NCBI RefSeq assembly: GCF_026210795.1
Contig: NC_089431.1
Coordinates: forward strand, 4,092,001-4,156,000
Length of the DNA stretch: 64,000 bases
DNA from: Rhizophagus irregularis
Taxonomy: Eukaryota
Direction: 5' to 3'
In this document: in pieces, positions 1 to 15,038 of the stretch
Position numbering within the stretch: the first letter of the stretch is position 1
How the letters are laid out: each line of letters opens with the position of its first letter
Translations under genes and position numbers: made by a program
Notes under the pieces: generated by a model
Database searches by the model: none
Told to the model about the DNA's origin: nothing
The model's input: only the letters and a program-made list of their open reading frames with translations

Positions 1-872
1 TTTATGTAAGAATGACTCTTCCTTGAACTTGCATTTAGAATTTGGCATATTGTAATTTATTATTAATGTGTTTTTGTTAAATGACATGTATTAACTCTCT
101 TTTCTTTTATTTTTAACTATATTTCGTCCCCGTATTTGATCTTTGGTATGTATTTGATTTTTGGGTACATCACGTTCTTGATCTTTGAATGTAACATGAT
201 CTTTATCTTTGGAGTATTGTGGTTTTGACCTTTGGTGTATATCTGATATTATTTTCTTAATTTTTTTGATGTGCATTGTGTTCTTATTCTTTGGGTATAT
301 TATGTATTCTCGATCTTTGTCGTATTATATTCTTGATCTTTGGATGCATCACATTCCTGATATTTGGTATGTCTTTATCTTTAAGTAATTATAATAAAAT
401 GTCATAAACAGTGAATGGTTGCTTTAGGGTGGCTTTACACTAATCCTAATCTCTGTTCTTACTATTCAAATAGAGCAGCATTACGCAATGTGTACTATTG
501 TATGGTTTCACTATCTTAAAATAAAAATAAAATGATTTATTTTAACAAGAATGTATTTATAAATTTTCAATAAGTAAGATCCATACGTTGTAAGACCATA
601 TAAGAGATGAACAAGTAAAGAAAAAAAAGCTATTTAAATGTATATTGCAAGAAAAAATCAAAATTAAAATAAAAAAACTAGAGACAAGATCCGTCATCCG
701 TTTGAATTTTGTGATTTAAAGTTACAAATGAATGTTTGAAAAAAAAAATTTTGAATAAATATTCTTTGAGAATTGATGTTTTTAGCGTAAAATTTATTTC
801 GATTTATATATAGCAATAGATTCGCTATATACAAATTATACTTTGGATATCGGTTATCCGAATATCCATTGG

Positions 873-906
<34 letters not shown>

Positions 907-1906
907 TATATCTAAATCAATTACCGTATTTTGCGGGTCACATTACCCCCCTATGCACAGTACCCTACAAAAAAGAACTCCCATTTTCTACCGATTTTAT
1001 TATTTAAAATAATTTAATAAATACCTAGGTATTAAGCATGATAAATACCCAATTATTATATAAGTTTTGTACATATCTACTAATAATAAAAACTCACGCA
1101 ATGGTGGGGGTATAAGGTCAAAACCCCTGAAATCTGTATCATACCCGGGGTACTGTGGCCCTACTACAAATAAATTTTATAATTCTTTGTCATTATAGAT
1201 AGTCATTGGCTCCATTTAATCTGCGGGTCACTATCTATAAGTCTGAACGATCTTTAAAATTATTAATATCCACTCAAACAACGGATCCAACCTCTAACAA
1301 AAACACATGATGTTCTATGATTTTGCCAAGAGATCAGAATTATTCCATTATCATAATAAAAGAATAAAACGGAATTTTTATGAATTTTAATAATTCTATT
1401 CAGGCGCCAATCATTATTGCAGATTTTATTGACTTTATCCATCAAAAAATTATTTCCGATTTGCCGTGTTATTAGCACTGCAGCACAATCTAGGTAAGCC
1501 CGCATTAAGATGTGAGCGGGCTAAAATTATCAAATATTTCTTACTATAATTAGTAAAATTGACAAAATTTGTCGCGTGTTTTATCCGAAGGACGATGATG
1601 ATAGAGTCATGCCAAGCCTTAATGCACAATACCATTTATTCTTCCTACAAAAAAAAATCATAAAAATTACATAATATACTGTACAATCCTAATTTCCGTA
1701 AATTTGAAATATTTTTTCTTTTAAAACTCTCTCTCTCTTTATTATAAATCGTTATGATAGTTTTATTTTTGTACTTTCACATGTCTACTTCGTTGTGTAG
1801 TTTTTTACTAACATCTTAAAAGCTTTTAGTTTAACTAAACATATCATTCAAACATAATAACAACGATCATCAGTACATCCTGTCATTTTTTTTATTTTTC
1901 GAATCC

Positions 1907-3419
1907 TTATGAAATCTGTAAAATTTGAAATATTTCATAATCTTCTACGGAAAATATTTCATTATCTCTGACTCTTCTAGTTTCTCTGATTGGTTTTTCA
2001 TAATCTCTTTTTTTACAATAACCTTTATCATAAAAACGATTTCCAAACAAGAAAAGGTCCGAATGACCAAATGATGGACCATAATTACAACCATTCCAAA
2101 TACCGTTCCATATAGCGTTAAATACATCCTCTACACGACTTAAAGCATAATCTTCAATACTATCACTATTTTCAAAGGAGAATATAAAACTATTCTTAGT
2201 GGCGCTATAACCACTAACAGAACTCCATTCAACTGGATTATATCCTCCAAGAATTTTGTCACTATCTTTCACTTTAACGATCGTTATAGTACGAGGTTTA
2301 TTATCACAGATTTCATGAAATTTATTAGCGGCAAACCCATCACGAGATCCACGAAGCATTAATTTGAATTCATATGAAGAAGCTAAATTGTCTGTAATAT
2401 CCAATTTATCAATCCATTTTGAAATTAATTCAATATGTTGAATTGTAATAATTTTTGAATCGATTAATTCCGGATAATTATCGATATTATTATGAGGCTT
2501 TGGCTTTATACCACTTGGTCTGCTATCAGGATGCAAATTTAAAAAAGTTTTCAATAAATCCATATACAATTCCTTTGGTAAAATCTTCTTGTATGGTAAT
2601 ACTTTATCGGAAAATTCTTTAGAAGTTAAATTATAGAATCTAATAAGAGGAATACATTGTTGTAACGTATTTTTTAATATATTAAACTCATTTTTTGAAA
2701 AGTTTGTAGGATCAGAAGGAAGTTCGGGATTTTGAGAAAATTCCCATTTAAGTACATGTTCCCAAACCTGAATTTCGCTCATCCGGGAATTATCATTTCG
2801 AACAAGTGAAATTAAAACTTTTTCTGGAATTAAAGAGAAATTAAGCGATTTGAATATCTTATCTGGTTTCTTTAATATAAGATTATTACAATATGTTTGA
2901 AGCTCCAAGAAAGAATCATTTTCAAAACTTGTTTGATATACCAGATTAAAATTTTGTTCTATCCAGCTTGCTTTGTTTTTAACCAAGAAGGATTGTAAAT
3001 AGTTGTTCAATTCCCGAAGGCTTAGTTCGCTAGCAGTAACCAAGATATCAGAAATATCATATTCTTCCAAAGTAAGTTCTCCTCCATAAATATACCTAAG
3101 ATAAAAAAACGTATGTTATGAAAAATTTTTATCGCTCAACTTATTAATTATTATCTTATATAATTTAATCTTTTTTTACCCTTAAAATTATCTGAAAAAT
3201 TTCAGGTGAAATATTGGGTAATTTGATATGTACCAAAGTTTCATCATTTTTCTTTTTATTTGTTGATAAAATTCTTCGCAAATAAGGAGAACGATAATTC
3301 AATATAACCATATGAGCTCTAAATATTTTCACGTTAGGATCATTACCAACTTCAATAGTAATATCATCGTCATCTAAAATTTCAAGTAAATTTTGTGATA
3401 ATTTTGGATAAAACTTCAT
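1907..3419 (-). pseudogene. BTB/POZ-BACK-TLDc protein, probably frameshifted at the intron (exons ~3419-3180 and 3095-1907)
   Basis: Exon 1 has the BTB motif FRAHMVILNYRSPYLRRIL. Exon 2 has BACK (EIQVWEHVLKW) and TLDc (LRGSRDGF..FHEICD, ILGGYNP, YGPSFG, VEDYEIFQ). The donor reads AGG/GTAAA, one G more than AG/GTAA in the three paralogues, so splicing to the conserved acceptor shifts frame. It also lacks the EYY seen in the 63 kb paralogue. Confidence 0.8.
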
Positions 3420-4410
3420 TATACTGATTTTTTAATAAAGGCAAAAAAAAGTTACATGTAAAAATTTTTTTTCTAATTTGTGAAGTGTTAACTTATATAT
3501 TATTTGCGAGATCGTCGAACCTGTGCTCTCAACGCTCCTTTCGCTATCGATTCTCAATCTAATCAAGATATAAGCCATGTGTCTCCCCCAGTCCCCCTGC
3601 GAGATCATGAAGATCGAACCAATTAAATTTGATCTCAGCTGACTGCGGTATATCCTAGTTCCTACTTCGTCAATTTATCATGTTGGTCTCCTTTTTCTCT
3701 CTCTTCCTATCTAACAAATGATCGTTACCGTATTTCTCCTTTTTGCGTGTGTTCTACAATTTTCCAGCAAGTTCTATTTTGTCTTTTACTTTTCACCGCC
3801 GATAATGCTATGTAATGATATTTCATTTACAAATCATTCACCTGATTTTATGTTATCACTCTCATTTTTCATAATAATTCTTCCGTTCTCTTCCTCTTGT
3901 ATTAAATTTTACCTTCACTTCTCTCTTTCCTTACTCACGACTAAAGGTACTAATTTAGCATACCCGTTTTGTGAGCGCGATTTATAATTTCACGTGTCGT
4001 TGTGATAGATAAATTTATATTTATCTCAGCTATCTAGTTTTTTTTTGGTGCCTGATTTCTGAACAGGATAGATTATTTTAATTTTATGCCTGTGTTATTG
4101 TTTATGAATCTTTTTATGTACCTATTTTTTCGTCGTATTTCTTTGTATATGTAACACATTTTGATATTAATAAAGTTACAGCATGATAGAGCTGATTTAG
4201 AGATGATTAACATACAAATTTGGGAATACTTCCATATTTTTCTTTTTTTCTTAACTTACACCAGGTTTGCGCGTTTTACAATCAGTAACATTAAATTAGT
4301 TAGTTGATGATGACTAAATTAGTTGTATGTGAATGAATATTACTTTTCTTCTGATGGAAATTGAATCTACCATTCCAGTGCGATAACTCGCCTTCTATTG
4401 ATCACAAAAA

Positions 4411-4609
4411 CCCTGTAAAAAATCTGATCCGTGTTTTATCTTTCCATGTTTTTTCCGTGAATGTATCATTTTCATGGAATTTATAGCCTTAAATCATGGA
4501 AATTTTCATCTCGCTAACACGGATATCCGTGAATGTATCATTTTCACGGAATTTTTACGGAAGACACGGAGAAATAATGGAAATATTCGGATAAAAATTT
4601 TTTATAGGG
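4411..4609. mobile_element. MITE-like element with terminal inverted repeats
   Basis: Inverted termini CCCTGTAAAAAAT ... ATTTTTTATAGGG; internal direct repeat ccgtgaatgtatcattttca. Confidence 0.55.
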
Positions 4610-5226
4610 AAACATGAAATTATTACCATTAGATATGCCGTGAATTTTTTTTTTTGTTAGTAACGCACATTTCTTAATACAAATTACACTACAATAAAGC
4701 AAATACAAAGTCACGAAAAAAATTCGAATTATCTACTAACGCTAGTTTAATATACTAGCTGTAGCTAAAGCTACTAATATGAATTTCCAATGAAAAAAAT
4801 AATAAAAACAAATGGAGAGGATAGTGAAGAGCCTTCTTATGCGGTATGAAGTTTAGCGTTACCGTGTACACTAGATATGCTATGATGAGACAAATTCTGA
4901 GCTAAATTTCATCCTTTCACGATCAATGGACGGATGGACGGCAAGTTGTATTTTAATAATCTAAAATTATTAATCACGTTTTTTTTTTAAGTTTAACTTT
5001 TCAGCTTTTAGGAAGGAGTCTATAAATTCTTAAAAAATAAAAATTTACTCGACTTATACATTTTAATTATCTGTACTTTGAACTGCCGGAACTGCACATG
5101 GGTGGGCTAGGTTAATAATAAAACTATATAATAACTTTTACCAGATTTTAAAAAGCAAAAACAACTCATTTTATTTATTTCTTTAACGTTTTAAAAGAAG
5201 TTACAAAACTATCTATATAATATTAA

Positions 5227-6708
5227 TCAATTCTTTGTGATTTGAAATACTTCATAATCTTCTACAGAAAATAATTCTGAAGTTTCCCAGATTAGACTTT
5301 TATAAACACCTTTTCTACAATAACTCGCACAAAAATTGTTACCTTCCAAAATAAGGTCATAATTACCAAATGATGGACCGTAATAATGATTATTCCATAT
5401 AGCATGATTTTCATCCGCTACACGACTTAAAACATAATTTTCATTACTATTTATACTATTTTCAAAGGAGAATATAAAACTCTCATTAGTATTACTATAA
5501 CCACCAATAGCGGAATTCCATCCAATTGGATTGTATCCTCCAAGAATTTTGTTAATTCCTTTCACTTTAACAACTGTTATAGTACGAGGTTGGTTAACAC
5601 AAACTTCATGAAATTTATTATTAGATAACCCATCACGAGAACCACTAATCATTAATTTGAAATCGTATGAAGAAGTTAATTTGTCTGTAATTTCTAATTT
5701 ATCAATCCATTTTAAAATTAATTCAACGTGTCGATTTGTAATTATTTTTGAACCAATATTATTACGAGGTTTTGATTTACCACTTGGATTGCTATTTGGA
5801 TGTAAATTTAAAAAAGTTTTTAATAAATCCATATATAATTCCTTTGGTAAAATTTTCCTATAAGGTAATACTTTATCAGAAAATTCTTTAGAAGTTAAAT
5901 TATAGAATCTAATAAAAGGAATACATTGTTGTAATGTATTTTTTAATATATTAAAATCATTTTTTGAAAACTTCGAATAATCAGCAGGAAGTTCAGGATT
6001 TTGAGCAAGTCCCCATTTAAGCACGTATTCCCAAACCTGAGTTTCTTTCATTTGAAGATTATCACTTTTGACAAGTGAGATCAAACCTTCTTCTGGAATT
6101 GAAGGAAAGCCTAATGAATTAAATATTTTATCCGGTTCTTTGAACATTAGATCATTACAATGATTTTGAAGTTCCGAAAAAGAATCATCTTCAAAACTTG
6201 TTCGATATACAAGATTAAAATTTTGTTCCACCCAGTTTGAATTATTTTCAATCAAAATAGATTGTAAGTGATTGATTAATCCTCGAAGTTTAAGTTCACT
6301 AGCAGCAACTAGAACGTTAATAATATCTGCTGAATCATTGCATTCTCCAAAAGAAAGTTTTCCCCCATAAATATACCTAAAACAAAATAAAAAATTTATG
6401 TGTGAAAAAATTTTACCAATTGCATTATATAATCTATAATTCAAGACTACTTACCTTAAAATTATTTGAAAAATTTCGGGCGAAATATTAGGTAATTTGA
6501 TATGTTCATCGGATTTCGATTTCTTTTTATCAGTTGATAAAATTTCACGAAAATAAGGAGAACGATAATTTAAAATGAGCGTATGAGCTCGAAACTTTCT
6601 TATGTGAGGGTCATTACCAACTTCAATAATAATATCATAATGTTGGTTTTCATCTAAAATTTCGAGTAAATTTTCAGATAATTCTGGTAAAAATTTATTA
6701 TCAACCAT
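5227..6708 (-). CDS. BTB/POZ-BACK-TLDc protein (exons 6708-6455, 6376-5227)
   Basis: ATG at 6708 (MVDNKFLPELS); BTB motif FRAHTLILNYRSPYF; a 78-nt GT-AG intron joins IILR/YIYGG in frame; BACK and TLDc motifs intact. Confidence 0.9.
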
Positions 6709-7440
6709 TATAACTGAATTTTCACAATTCAAAAAAAAAAAAAATTTTTTTTAATGAGCGAAAATGTCGACTAATTTGTATAAGGTCAACCCTATATATA
6801 CGTAATATTTTGTAGATCATTATTGTGATGTTTTAATTGTTGCGGATTTATGATTCTTGAAAAATGATTCGAAATCAAATTATCAAATTTAATAATGATC
6901 TCCGGTAAATTTCCCTCATAAAGTAATTTAATTGACAAGTCCGATACGCCCGAGTCGCCCGATACGCCTTCAATATGACATTATTTTCACGTGACGTTAA
7001 TTATGCATAAAAAAATCAATCATCCCGATTTAGGGTTGTTTAATTGGTAAATTTTAAAGGTTTGTATTAACCATTTTCGGTATAAAGAAAACTTTGTAAT
7101 ACTTAAATAGAGGATAAATCTTATATAGTTAAAAACCCACTTCTATTTTATAATTTAAAAAACTAAAATGAAGATTTATTGTTCGTATGAAGTTTAAAAC
7201 CTTTGCGTCTATCGATATGAAATGAAGAATATTATTTGCTCACATTTTCGTTTAGAAAAAACGCGATATTTAATTTATATAATATACGTTTTATTTTTGC
7301 ATGTATGGACGTTTCTAATTTTCAAAGGTACAAGATTTATAAATTTTCGAGAATCATTTTTGGCATTTTATTATTATATATAGATAATTCATAGCGATAA
7401 TAGTGTAATTAGTGCAATTTAAATACTTAGGCAACTTATT

Positions 7441-7672
7441 TATGAGTATGATTTTACATTAATAAAATCTTCGTCACATTCGTTTTCATTGTCAAAGTAC
7501 TCTCATTTACCATCATTCTCCACTGCAACGAAAGATTATTTAAATCGGTTAAGAGAACACCTTCATTTTTATGCAGTAGCAGAAATTCGGTTTTTAATGA
7601 CAAAAAATGATGTGACGTGGACATTGGGGATGAAATAAAATTGAATCGTGTAACGGAAATAGGTTCAAAGGA
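7441..7672 (+). pseudogene. Deleted relic of a mitochondrial ribosomal protein L21 (bL21m)-like gene
   Basis: Translates piecewise as DYLNRLREHLHFYAVAEI..FLMTKND..DVDIGDEIKLNRVTEIGSK, resembling the bL21 N-terminal strands; internal deletions and no intact ORF. Confidence 0.5.
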
Positions 7673-8193
7673 ATAATATTAAGTTTAATAAATATGAATC
7701 CAATTTTCAGTTTCTTTTTCCGCCATTTAAACTAATTATTCTATTGTTTTTAGTGGTGATTTATTTAGCCGATTATTTGAAAACAATGAAAATAAAAATA
7801 AAATATTATAGGGTTTATTCTACCCTTTAAAGCAGATTTGTTTTCCGAAAAATTATGGAAATTTTTAACTTTTTTTTTTCTTATTACAAATACTTACTTA
7901 TAATTACAAGACACGGTATTTTACACTAAGCAAAAGTTGTATTTCGAAAATAACTAATATTTATTTATAAGATATAATAATATATTTTACAAAAAAAAAA
8001 TACTTTTAAAAGAAATTCCACACTTTTCGATATATAAAAATTGATTTGATATATATATATATAAGTCAAAGATTATTAACCCTAGTGATATACTCTATAT
8101 TTTATTAAAAGAGAAATTAATTATATGCATTGTTTAGAATGAAAAGACAAAATAAATTATTTACCGTTAATATGAGGTTGATTAAAATTTACG

Positions 8194-9859
8194 TTAAATA
8201 TCAAGTTCAAATTCTTTCGTAAGGTAATCTAAGGAAAATATAAATTTCATTAATTTATATATTAAAATAATTTCATTTCACAATTTTATAATACCATTAT
8301 TATTATTATCTTTAACTACTAAGCTTTCTTCGAACTTTCTTGTATCTTTAAAAGAAATAATGATAATTAATAATAATAGCAATAGATATTTAATAATAAA
8401 AATAAAAATAATAAAATGTATCTATATAATTAAAAAAGTTAAATAACCAATAAAAAAAAGGTAAACTTTAATATAAAAAATTTCTAACCTAATTCTAAAT
8501 TAATGGATCGACTCTTTAAAGACATTGCGGAATAAATCATGTTACTTAAAGGCCTACTCTTATAAATGGCACCTGGATTATTTTTTACAAGTTCAATATC
8601 TGATGATTCTATAATTTTGGTTGGAATTTTTTTATTGGAATTTATTTCTTCATTTCTCCACATTTCTCGAATTTTTGAAAATGTAATATCAGCTGATGGT
8701 CTTTTCTCGGGATCGGAATGCCAACATTCTTTCATTAATTCAATATAACCTTCGGGTGCATTTGTTACAATTGGTGGGCGTAAACCATCGCATATGTCAA
8801 AAATAAGACATGTATCGTGATCTTCATCCCAAAAAGGTTTTCTACCTGTCATAAATTCCCACATAAGCATTCCATAACTGTATATATCTGAAGCTTCAGT
8901 ATATTTTTGTCCTTGAAAAATCTCATGAGCCATATAAGGAATAATACCATAACTTTCATTATCATCTCCAGATTCAGTTACAGATTTACTAATTCCTAAA
9001 TCACCTATATATGTGTGGTAATGATCGTTACAACCTTTTTTTAAAAGAATATTTCCACTATGCAAATCTCTGTGAATGATTTTGCATCCGTGCATGCCTC
9101 GAAGTCCGAATATTATTTGTCGTAAGATAGACAACTTACTTTTCCAGCAGATTTTGTAATAATCATTCTTAAGACAAGTTGACAAATCACCACAATCATA
9201 ATATGGCATAATCATTATTAAATCTTTGGTAACATAATCTTGGGTGATTCCGAAATATTCACCAATATAAAGTATTGAAGAAAGCTTATAAAATATTTTG
9301 AGCTAATTAAAAAAAACTTGAACTCAGTTTATTTATCCTACATGAACATTTATTAATCAATATAAAAAACAAGGTTCAATTACCGTACCTCATTCAATTC
9401 CTTGGATGTAATGTTTTTAGAATTTTTAAGTTTTTTGAGAACTACTGTTTCATCACGCCGACGAACAATATTATCAATATTACTAGTATGCCAATCAGTC
9501 GAACCACCAACCCAAGTTGCTTTATAAACTTTGCTAAATCCTCCCTCAGCAATAAATTCTATAATTTTGAATTGATCGTAGGGAACGAACTTCAAATTTC
9601 TATATGAACAATTTGTTTGTGTGTATGTGATAAAATCGTCTATAACTGTGTTTCCACTTTGTTGAGGTTTAATTATAATTCTTGTTTTGTAACACACGTG
9701 ACAGATCTGATGATTTTCATCTATTCTTCTTCTATTACATTGATTACATTTCTTATATAACTTTCTTATGTTAACTGTAGTTCGTATTGGTTGACTTAAA
9801 GGTATATTAAGTGCAATTTTACGTTTATATTTTGTCGATTTACTCGATTGTTCCATCAT
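8194..9859 (-). CDS. Tyrosine-kinase-like protein kinase with N-terminal CxxC..CxxC motif (exons 9859-9389, 9302-8489, 8345-8295, 8228-8194)
   Basis: AEGGFSKVYKATW, VVLKK, HRDLHSGN, GDLG, YMAHE (variant of APE), SDIYSYG, CWHSDPEKRP; GT-AG introns at the same positions as in paralogues. Confidence 0.88.
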
Positions 9860-12800
9860 ACATTAATTTATTTTGAAAAAAGTCAATTTGTTAGTTTGAG
9901 ACATTTAAGAATTATGTTCAATTTATAAATGATAAAATTATATGAATTCTGTGCCGCAATTCCTTATAGAAACTTCTAATCGGAAATTGATAACTAATCT
10001 AGAACTGTATCTTGGAATAAATTCTTTCAAAGAATTCTTTCTATAAAAGTACATGCGATTGCACGATAATTTGATAAGATCATCAATGTAAATTTACGAC
10101 GACGACAAAAAAACCTCATGACATTTTTGTAACACTACAAAAAAATAAGGTTACAAAAAAACTTTTTTTTATAGACAAACAAAATCGTATTAAGATATAT
10201 GAAATTATCAAATTTATTAATTAATCCTTTATTAGTTAAAAAGATAAAACAAAAAAATATTGGCTTACATAATTTCCATGGAATTTCCATAGAATTCCGT
10301 AAATCTATCTATGAATAATAAACTGGTCATTGTAAAAATATTTAAATGATAATGATAATTACGATTAAATGATGGATTGATTATGCTTATAATAAATTAT
10401 TTATATAAGTTTATTTTATGAAGAGAAATATTATTATTTAATACGTGATATTGATAAAAGCCAAAAGAGGTCGCGATATTTTTACTTGATAAAAAAAATT
10501 AGTGGAATAATAAATGATTACAAGACAAACTGGATATATTAGCCTAAATAATTGATACATACAAAATTTATTAATTAAGTTACAAGCAATTGACTATCTA
10601 CATAAAAAAAAGCTTTATAATTTATTGTATCAGAACATTTATTTATTTAAATGCCCAAAACCTGCCCATTTTATTACTGTTAATAATCGTTCTTGGAAGT
10701 TAAGTTCAACTTCTAAGATATGATTGATTCCATAATTTCCATTGTTATCATACTTTTTTAATCTTTTTAATCTTATCAGTGTTTTGAAATTGAAGTCACG
10801 TGATCACTCCTTCACTCCTTCCAAAACTATATACGCCATAAAGACTATGAAATTACTAAAATAAATCCGTATCAATATTTTGATAATTTAACTATATTTG
10901 TTACGTAGCATATGTTATCTGTTATTGACACAATAAAAAGATTGCGCCTAGAACAATTGATATTGTTTCGGTTAGTTCATTTACCACTTTTCATTCAATG
11001 GCTATTATTTTCTCAAAAAACAAACACAACCTACTGATGAAAATCAGAATGAAGAATCATCATTCCGAAGCGCCAAAAAAAAAAAAGGAATTAAAATTCC
11101 GTCAAAAGCAGGTTTGAGTTTTTAATTTCTCAAACAGGAGAAAACTTTTAGAACTGCTGCTAACATATAAAAGTAAACAAATTTTTGTGATACCGAGACT
11201 TCCATTCTCAAGTAAGACGAAAGCAAAGGAAAATTTAATCCATAACAACCAATGAATATCCGACTTTTTGACCCATAAAATTTTTGGGTTTTTTCGGTCA
11301 AACGTGTTTCACCAATGGAATGGTTTTATTTTGCATATGACCGAAAAATGCAACCGAGTAATCCACATTATTTATGTAGTTGTAATTATATTTAGAAAAT
11401 TATCTATTTTGGGAAATCGGAAACCATTAAAGCATTTAATAGTAAAAAAATATTGGTTAAAGTGGTACAGAAAAATATCGAACACTGAAAAGAGTAAAAT
11501 CGAAAAAGAAAGGAAGCAAGTATAGCTTGTTCAAAAAGAAAATTGGAAGGAAGAAAGAAAGGAAGAAAATTAGGGGGTGTATGACCATACAACAAATAAT
11601 CCTATCGCTCGTCAATTATGTTTGCGAGATGCAGCTGTCATAATAATTCCTACTACGCAAAAAAAAATTTTTGTTTTAAAAGCTTTTTCCTCGGTAAAAT
11701 TAGATTCTACAATTACAATTAAGTTTTAATGTGCCGACGTTCCTAATTTTAAGATTAATATATTAAATGAGAGTTAAATTGAATAAAAATGTAATGGTTA
11801 AATATTTTATCTGATTTTTTGGATATAAGATTATACACTAATTTTGTATTACTTAGTATAATATTATTAATATAACAATTTGATATAGATTTATTATCAA
11901 TTCATTCCTTAAGCATATCAGTAGTACAATAAAAAATTTTGTAACAAAATCACAATAATAAAATCTTTATTGTTCGTTCATGATGACGTAATTATGGTGA
12001 TTCCGTTTTTGATCAAAGATTTTGATTAAGGAAGTTAAAAATATTACCATGAAACTGTTAACTGCTCAATATTAAGTTCTTTTGTGTTTAGCCAATCAAA
12101 AAAATGATATTTTATATTATACTATCTTAAGATTTAGAAGTTTATTTTGGTATATTCAATCTATAAGGAAGCGAATGCACTTGTTTATCTATGGGACTAT
12201 GGGGAGGATAGTGTCTGTTAAGCATTTCCGACCTCCTTATATCATTAAAACTTATCATATAGGCGGTTATAATATTTGCTATAAGGTCAGTGGCACGGTA
12301 TCTTACAAAATTTCCACCCACGTGACTCCTTTAAACAATAAAAAAAATATATTTTTGAGTGTAGAATATTGTTACAAAGCTATAGTTAATTTTTTTATTT
12401 ACAATAGACGCGATTTTTTGTAGATGTTGCAATATTAATTTGAATATTTTAGCTAAATGAAGCAAGGTTTGAGCGCTTTTAACGAGTATGTATAATTGTA
12501 TATTATCTTTGTGAAAATATTGCCATTTTTAAAGAAATTACTGGGTTGTATTCTTTTTTTTTTATTTTTAATGCAATAGTATGATAAACAACATTGATTA
12601 CGTTAATTGATTGTGATAATAGAAAAGCAATAATAGTTATAATACTGTAAGACCAAACCAATTTTGATAACAATTTCGAATCAAAAATAAAGTATTTATA
12701 AATAAAATAAAGTAACCTATAAATATAATAATAATAATCTATTTTCAAAAAAACAACTTGCTTATAATAAATTTTATTAATAAATAACTTATTAATTAGT

Positions 12801-13936
12801 CATCTTAAAAAAGAAAAAATAAATAATTTTGTAACATTCTCTAAAATATTTAAACTTCCAAAGTCACAAACATATTTTGATATGATTAATAATCGAATTG
12901 TATGAAATTTTTAGAAGATTAAAATTATGCGTAGCACTTATAAAATTTTATTGGCAAAATTTTCATATAATACTTTTTCATACATATAATCATTTATTAA
13001 AAAACAAAGTATCGCCCCACCCTTGAGACAACTGCAACGAATAATTTATAAAAACTATAAATAAGAAAATTAATAGAAAATTGAATTTCGTAATTTATAC
13101 GGTTGATTCGTGTTAAATTAAAATATTAATGGTAGTAAAAATTTGAAATTTTACAAATGTGAATTATTAATGTTTTTTTTTTATTAAAAAAAAAAATTTA
13201 TATAGGGCATTGTCATGTCATATATTTTGTGTAACGTACAGTATATACAAGTTAGGATGATAATATAATCAATGAACTTATTTTTGTAATATAAAAAAAA
13301 TCACTTGAAACATAAAGAACATATTATTAAATCGACTCGTTTATTAACCAAAAAATAACAAAACGTTTTCTTTTTTTGCCATATTACTAAAACTATTATA
13401 GTCCTTTTATTTCTCAATATCACGTTATTCACGTCCATTTTTAATTCAAAATTCAGAACCCTCTTACTATTGATAAATGAACCATACCCTAAATAAAACG
13501 CGAAAATATCCCTAAAAAAAAAAATCAGATAACCTTTGTAAATAAAGAAAATTCATAAAAAGCATATCATGATATCATACGTGCATATGGGTTACTCAAA
13601 ATTCCTGTGTACGCGTTTTCTCACATTTAATATGATTCGAGATTTCCTATGAATACTTCTACAAATCTAAAAATTCCCATGTGTTCATAATTATTATAAT
13701 CTTAGAATTCAATTTCTAGTTATAGAACTGGTTTATAAAAAATATTATTACATTGTAAAGATTTTCATCAAATCAAGTAAAAGAAGACAGAAACGAGAAA
13801 GATTACTTTCAAAGCTAAACAAATTTATTTAATTGTTTTATTATCTTAAATTCTCGTACTATCTTAAAATTAATTTCATCAAAATTTTTGTGACATACTA
13901 AATTATGCGTTTATTAATGCTAAATGTCACATAATA

Positions 13937-14134
13937 CAGTCAGACCTACATAATTGCACACCCCTTGGGACCATATGCATAATTTTCAAAATAGTGCATT
14001 TAAAGAGGGTGTGCATTTATAGAGGTAAAATAATTAGAGATCATATAAGCTTGGGACCGAATCAGAGGGTGCATTTAGAGAGGGTATACATAGTGGGTGC
14101 AATTATGGAGAGTGCAATTATAGAGGTCTGACTG
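13937..14134. mobile_element. Tc1/mariner (pogo/Tigger-type) MITE
   Basis: TIRs CAGTCAGACCTACATAATTGCAC ... GTGCAATTATAGAGGTCTGACTG, flanked by TA on both sides. Confidence 0.85.
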
Positions 14135-14452
14135 TAAATGTTAAATAAACGGTACATTTTGTTGAAATAGGCGCAGATTTATCCGCTTCGGCTTGCCATA
14201 AAACCAGAGGCTCGTATAAATATATGTAAATAAAATTTAATAAATCATTGAATGGCATCACAGATTGTGTAATAAAACTTTAATAAATCGTTAATAAATT
14301 GTATAGTCTTCATAACGACGTCATAACCACATTGTAGACGCGTATAGAATACATATTAATTATGTTATAACAACATTTTACAAAAAACTTACCTCTAAAT
14401 TTCAAATAATGCCATTCTTAGAAAAAGAAAAGAACATAGTATGCTAAAAAAT

Positions 14453-15038
14453 CCGATATCAGGACATTTCACCGAAGCCATTTCGCCGAAGGGATGTTTC
14501 GCCAAAGGGACGTTTCGCCGAAGCCATTTCACAGAATTCCATTTCGCCGAATGGACATTTCACCGAAACATTATTTATTGCATTTGTTTATTTTATTGTT
14601 TTTATACTAAATATCATACAATTATTTACACCTATTAAGCCACTTTCGGTCATCAATTAGCAAATCATTAAAGTGATATTAGAAGAAAAGACACTTAAAA
14701 TAAAGAGAATTTTTTATTTAAACGTTTATTTAATTTTATTTCTATCGCAAAAATAGATGACGTGGCAAAAGAATGTAAAATAGAAACTAAAGAATAAAGA
14801 TATTAAAGTACTCAATCAAGAATCGATGATATTATTCAACGTCTAAGTTTTATTTTATACACTTGTCATTTGTATATTCGGGTGTAAATCAGAATATTTA
14901 TAAAGGTTCCTGATGTAATTTAATAAATAAATAAATAAATAAAAAATTCATTGCGCGATTAATATTTTTATAAAAGTGATAATTTCTATCATTTCTATCA
15001 TATTCTGCGAAATGGCTTCGGCGAAATGTACCGTAACC
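14453..15038. mobile_element. Non-autonomous TIR element with subterminal CATTTCGCCGAA repeats
   Basis: Left end acatttcaccgaagccatttcgc is the reverse complement of the right end gcgaaatggcttcggcgaaatgt; tandem subterminal repeats at 14463-14568. Confidence 0.65.

Noticed and set aside
91..380. Charged minus-strand ORF with KDQ-type repeats
   Set aside because: Possibly a decayed exon, but the frames are broken and no family is recognisable.
922..1240. TACCGTATTTT pogo-like terminus next to an (AT)n tract
   Set aside because: No convincing matching opposite TIR found.
10990..11660. Coding-like stretch with short ORFs on both strands
   Set aside because: Multiple stops and no recognisable motif.
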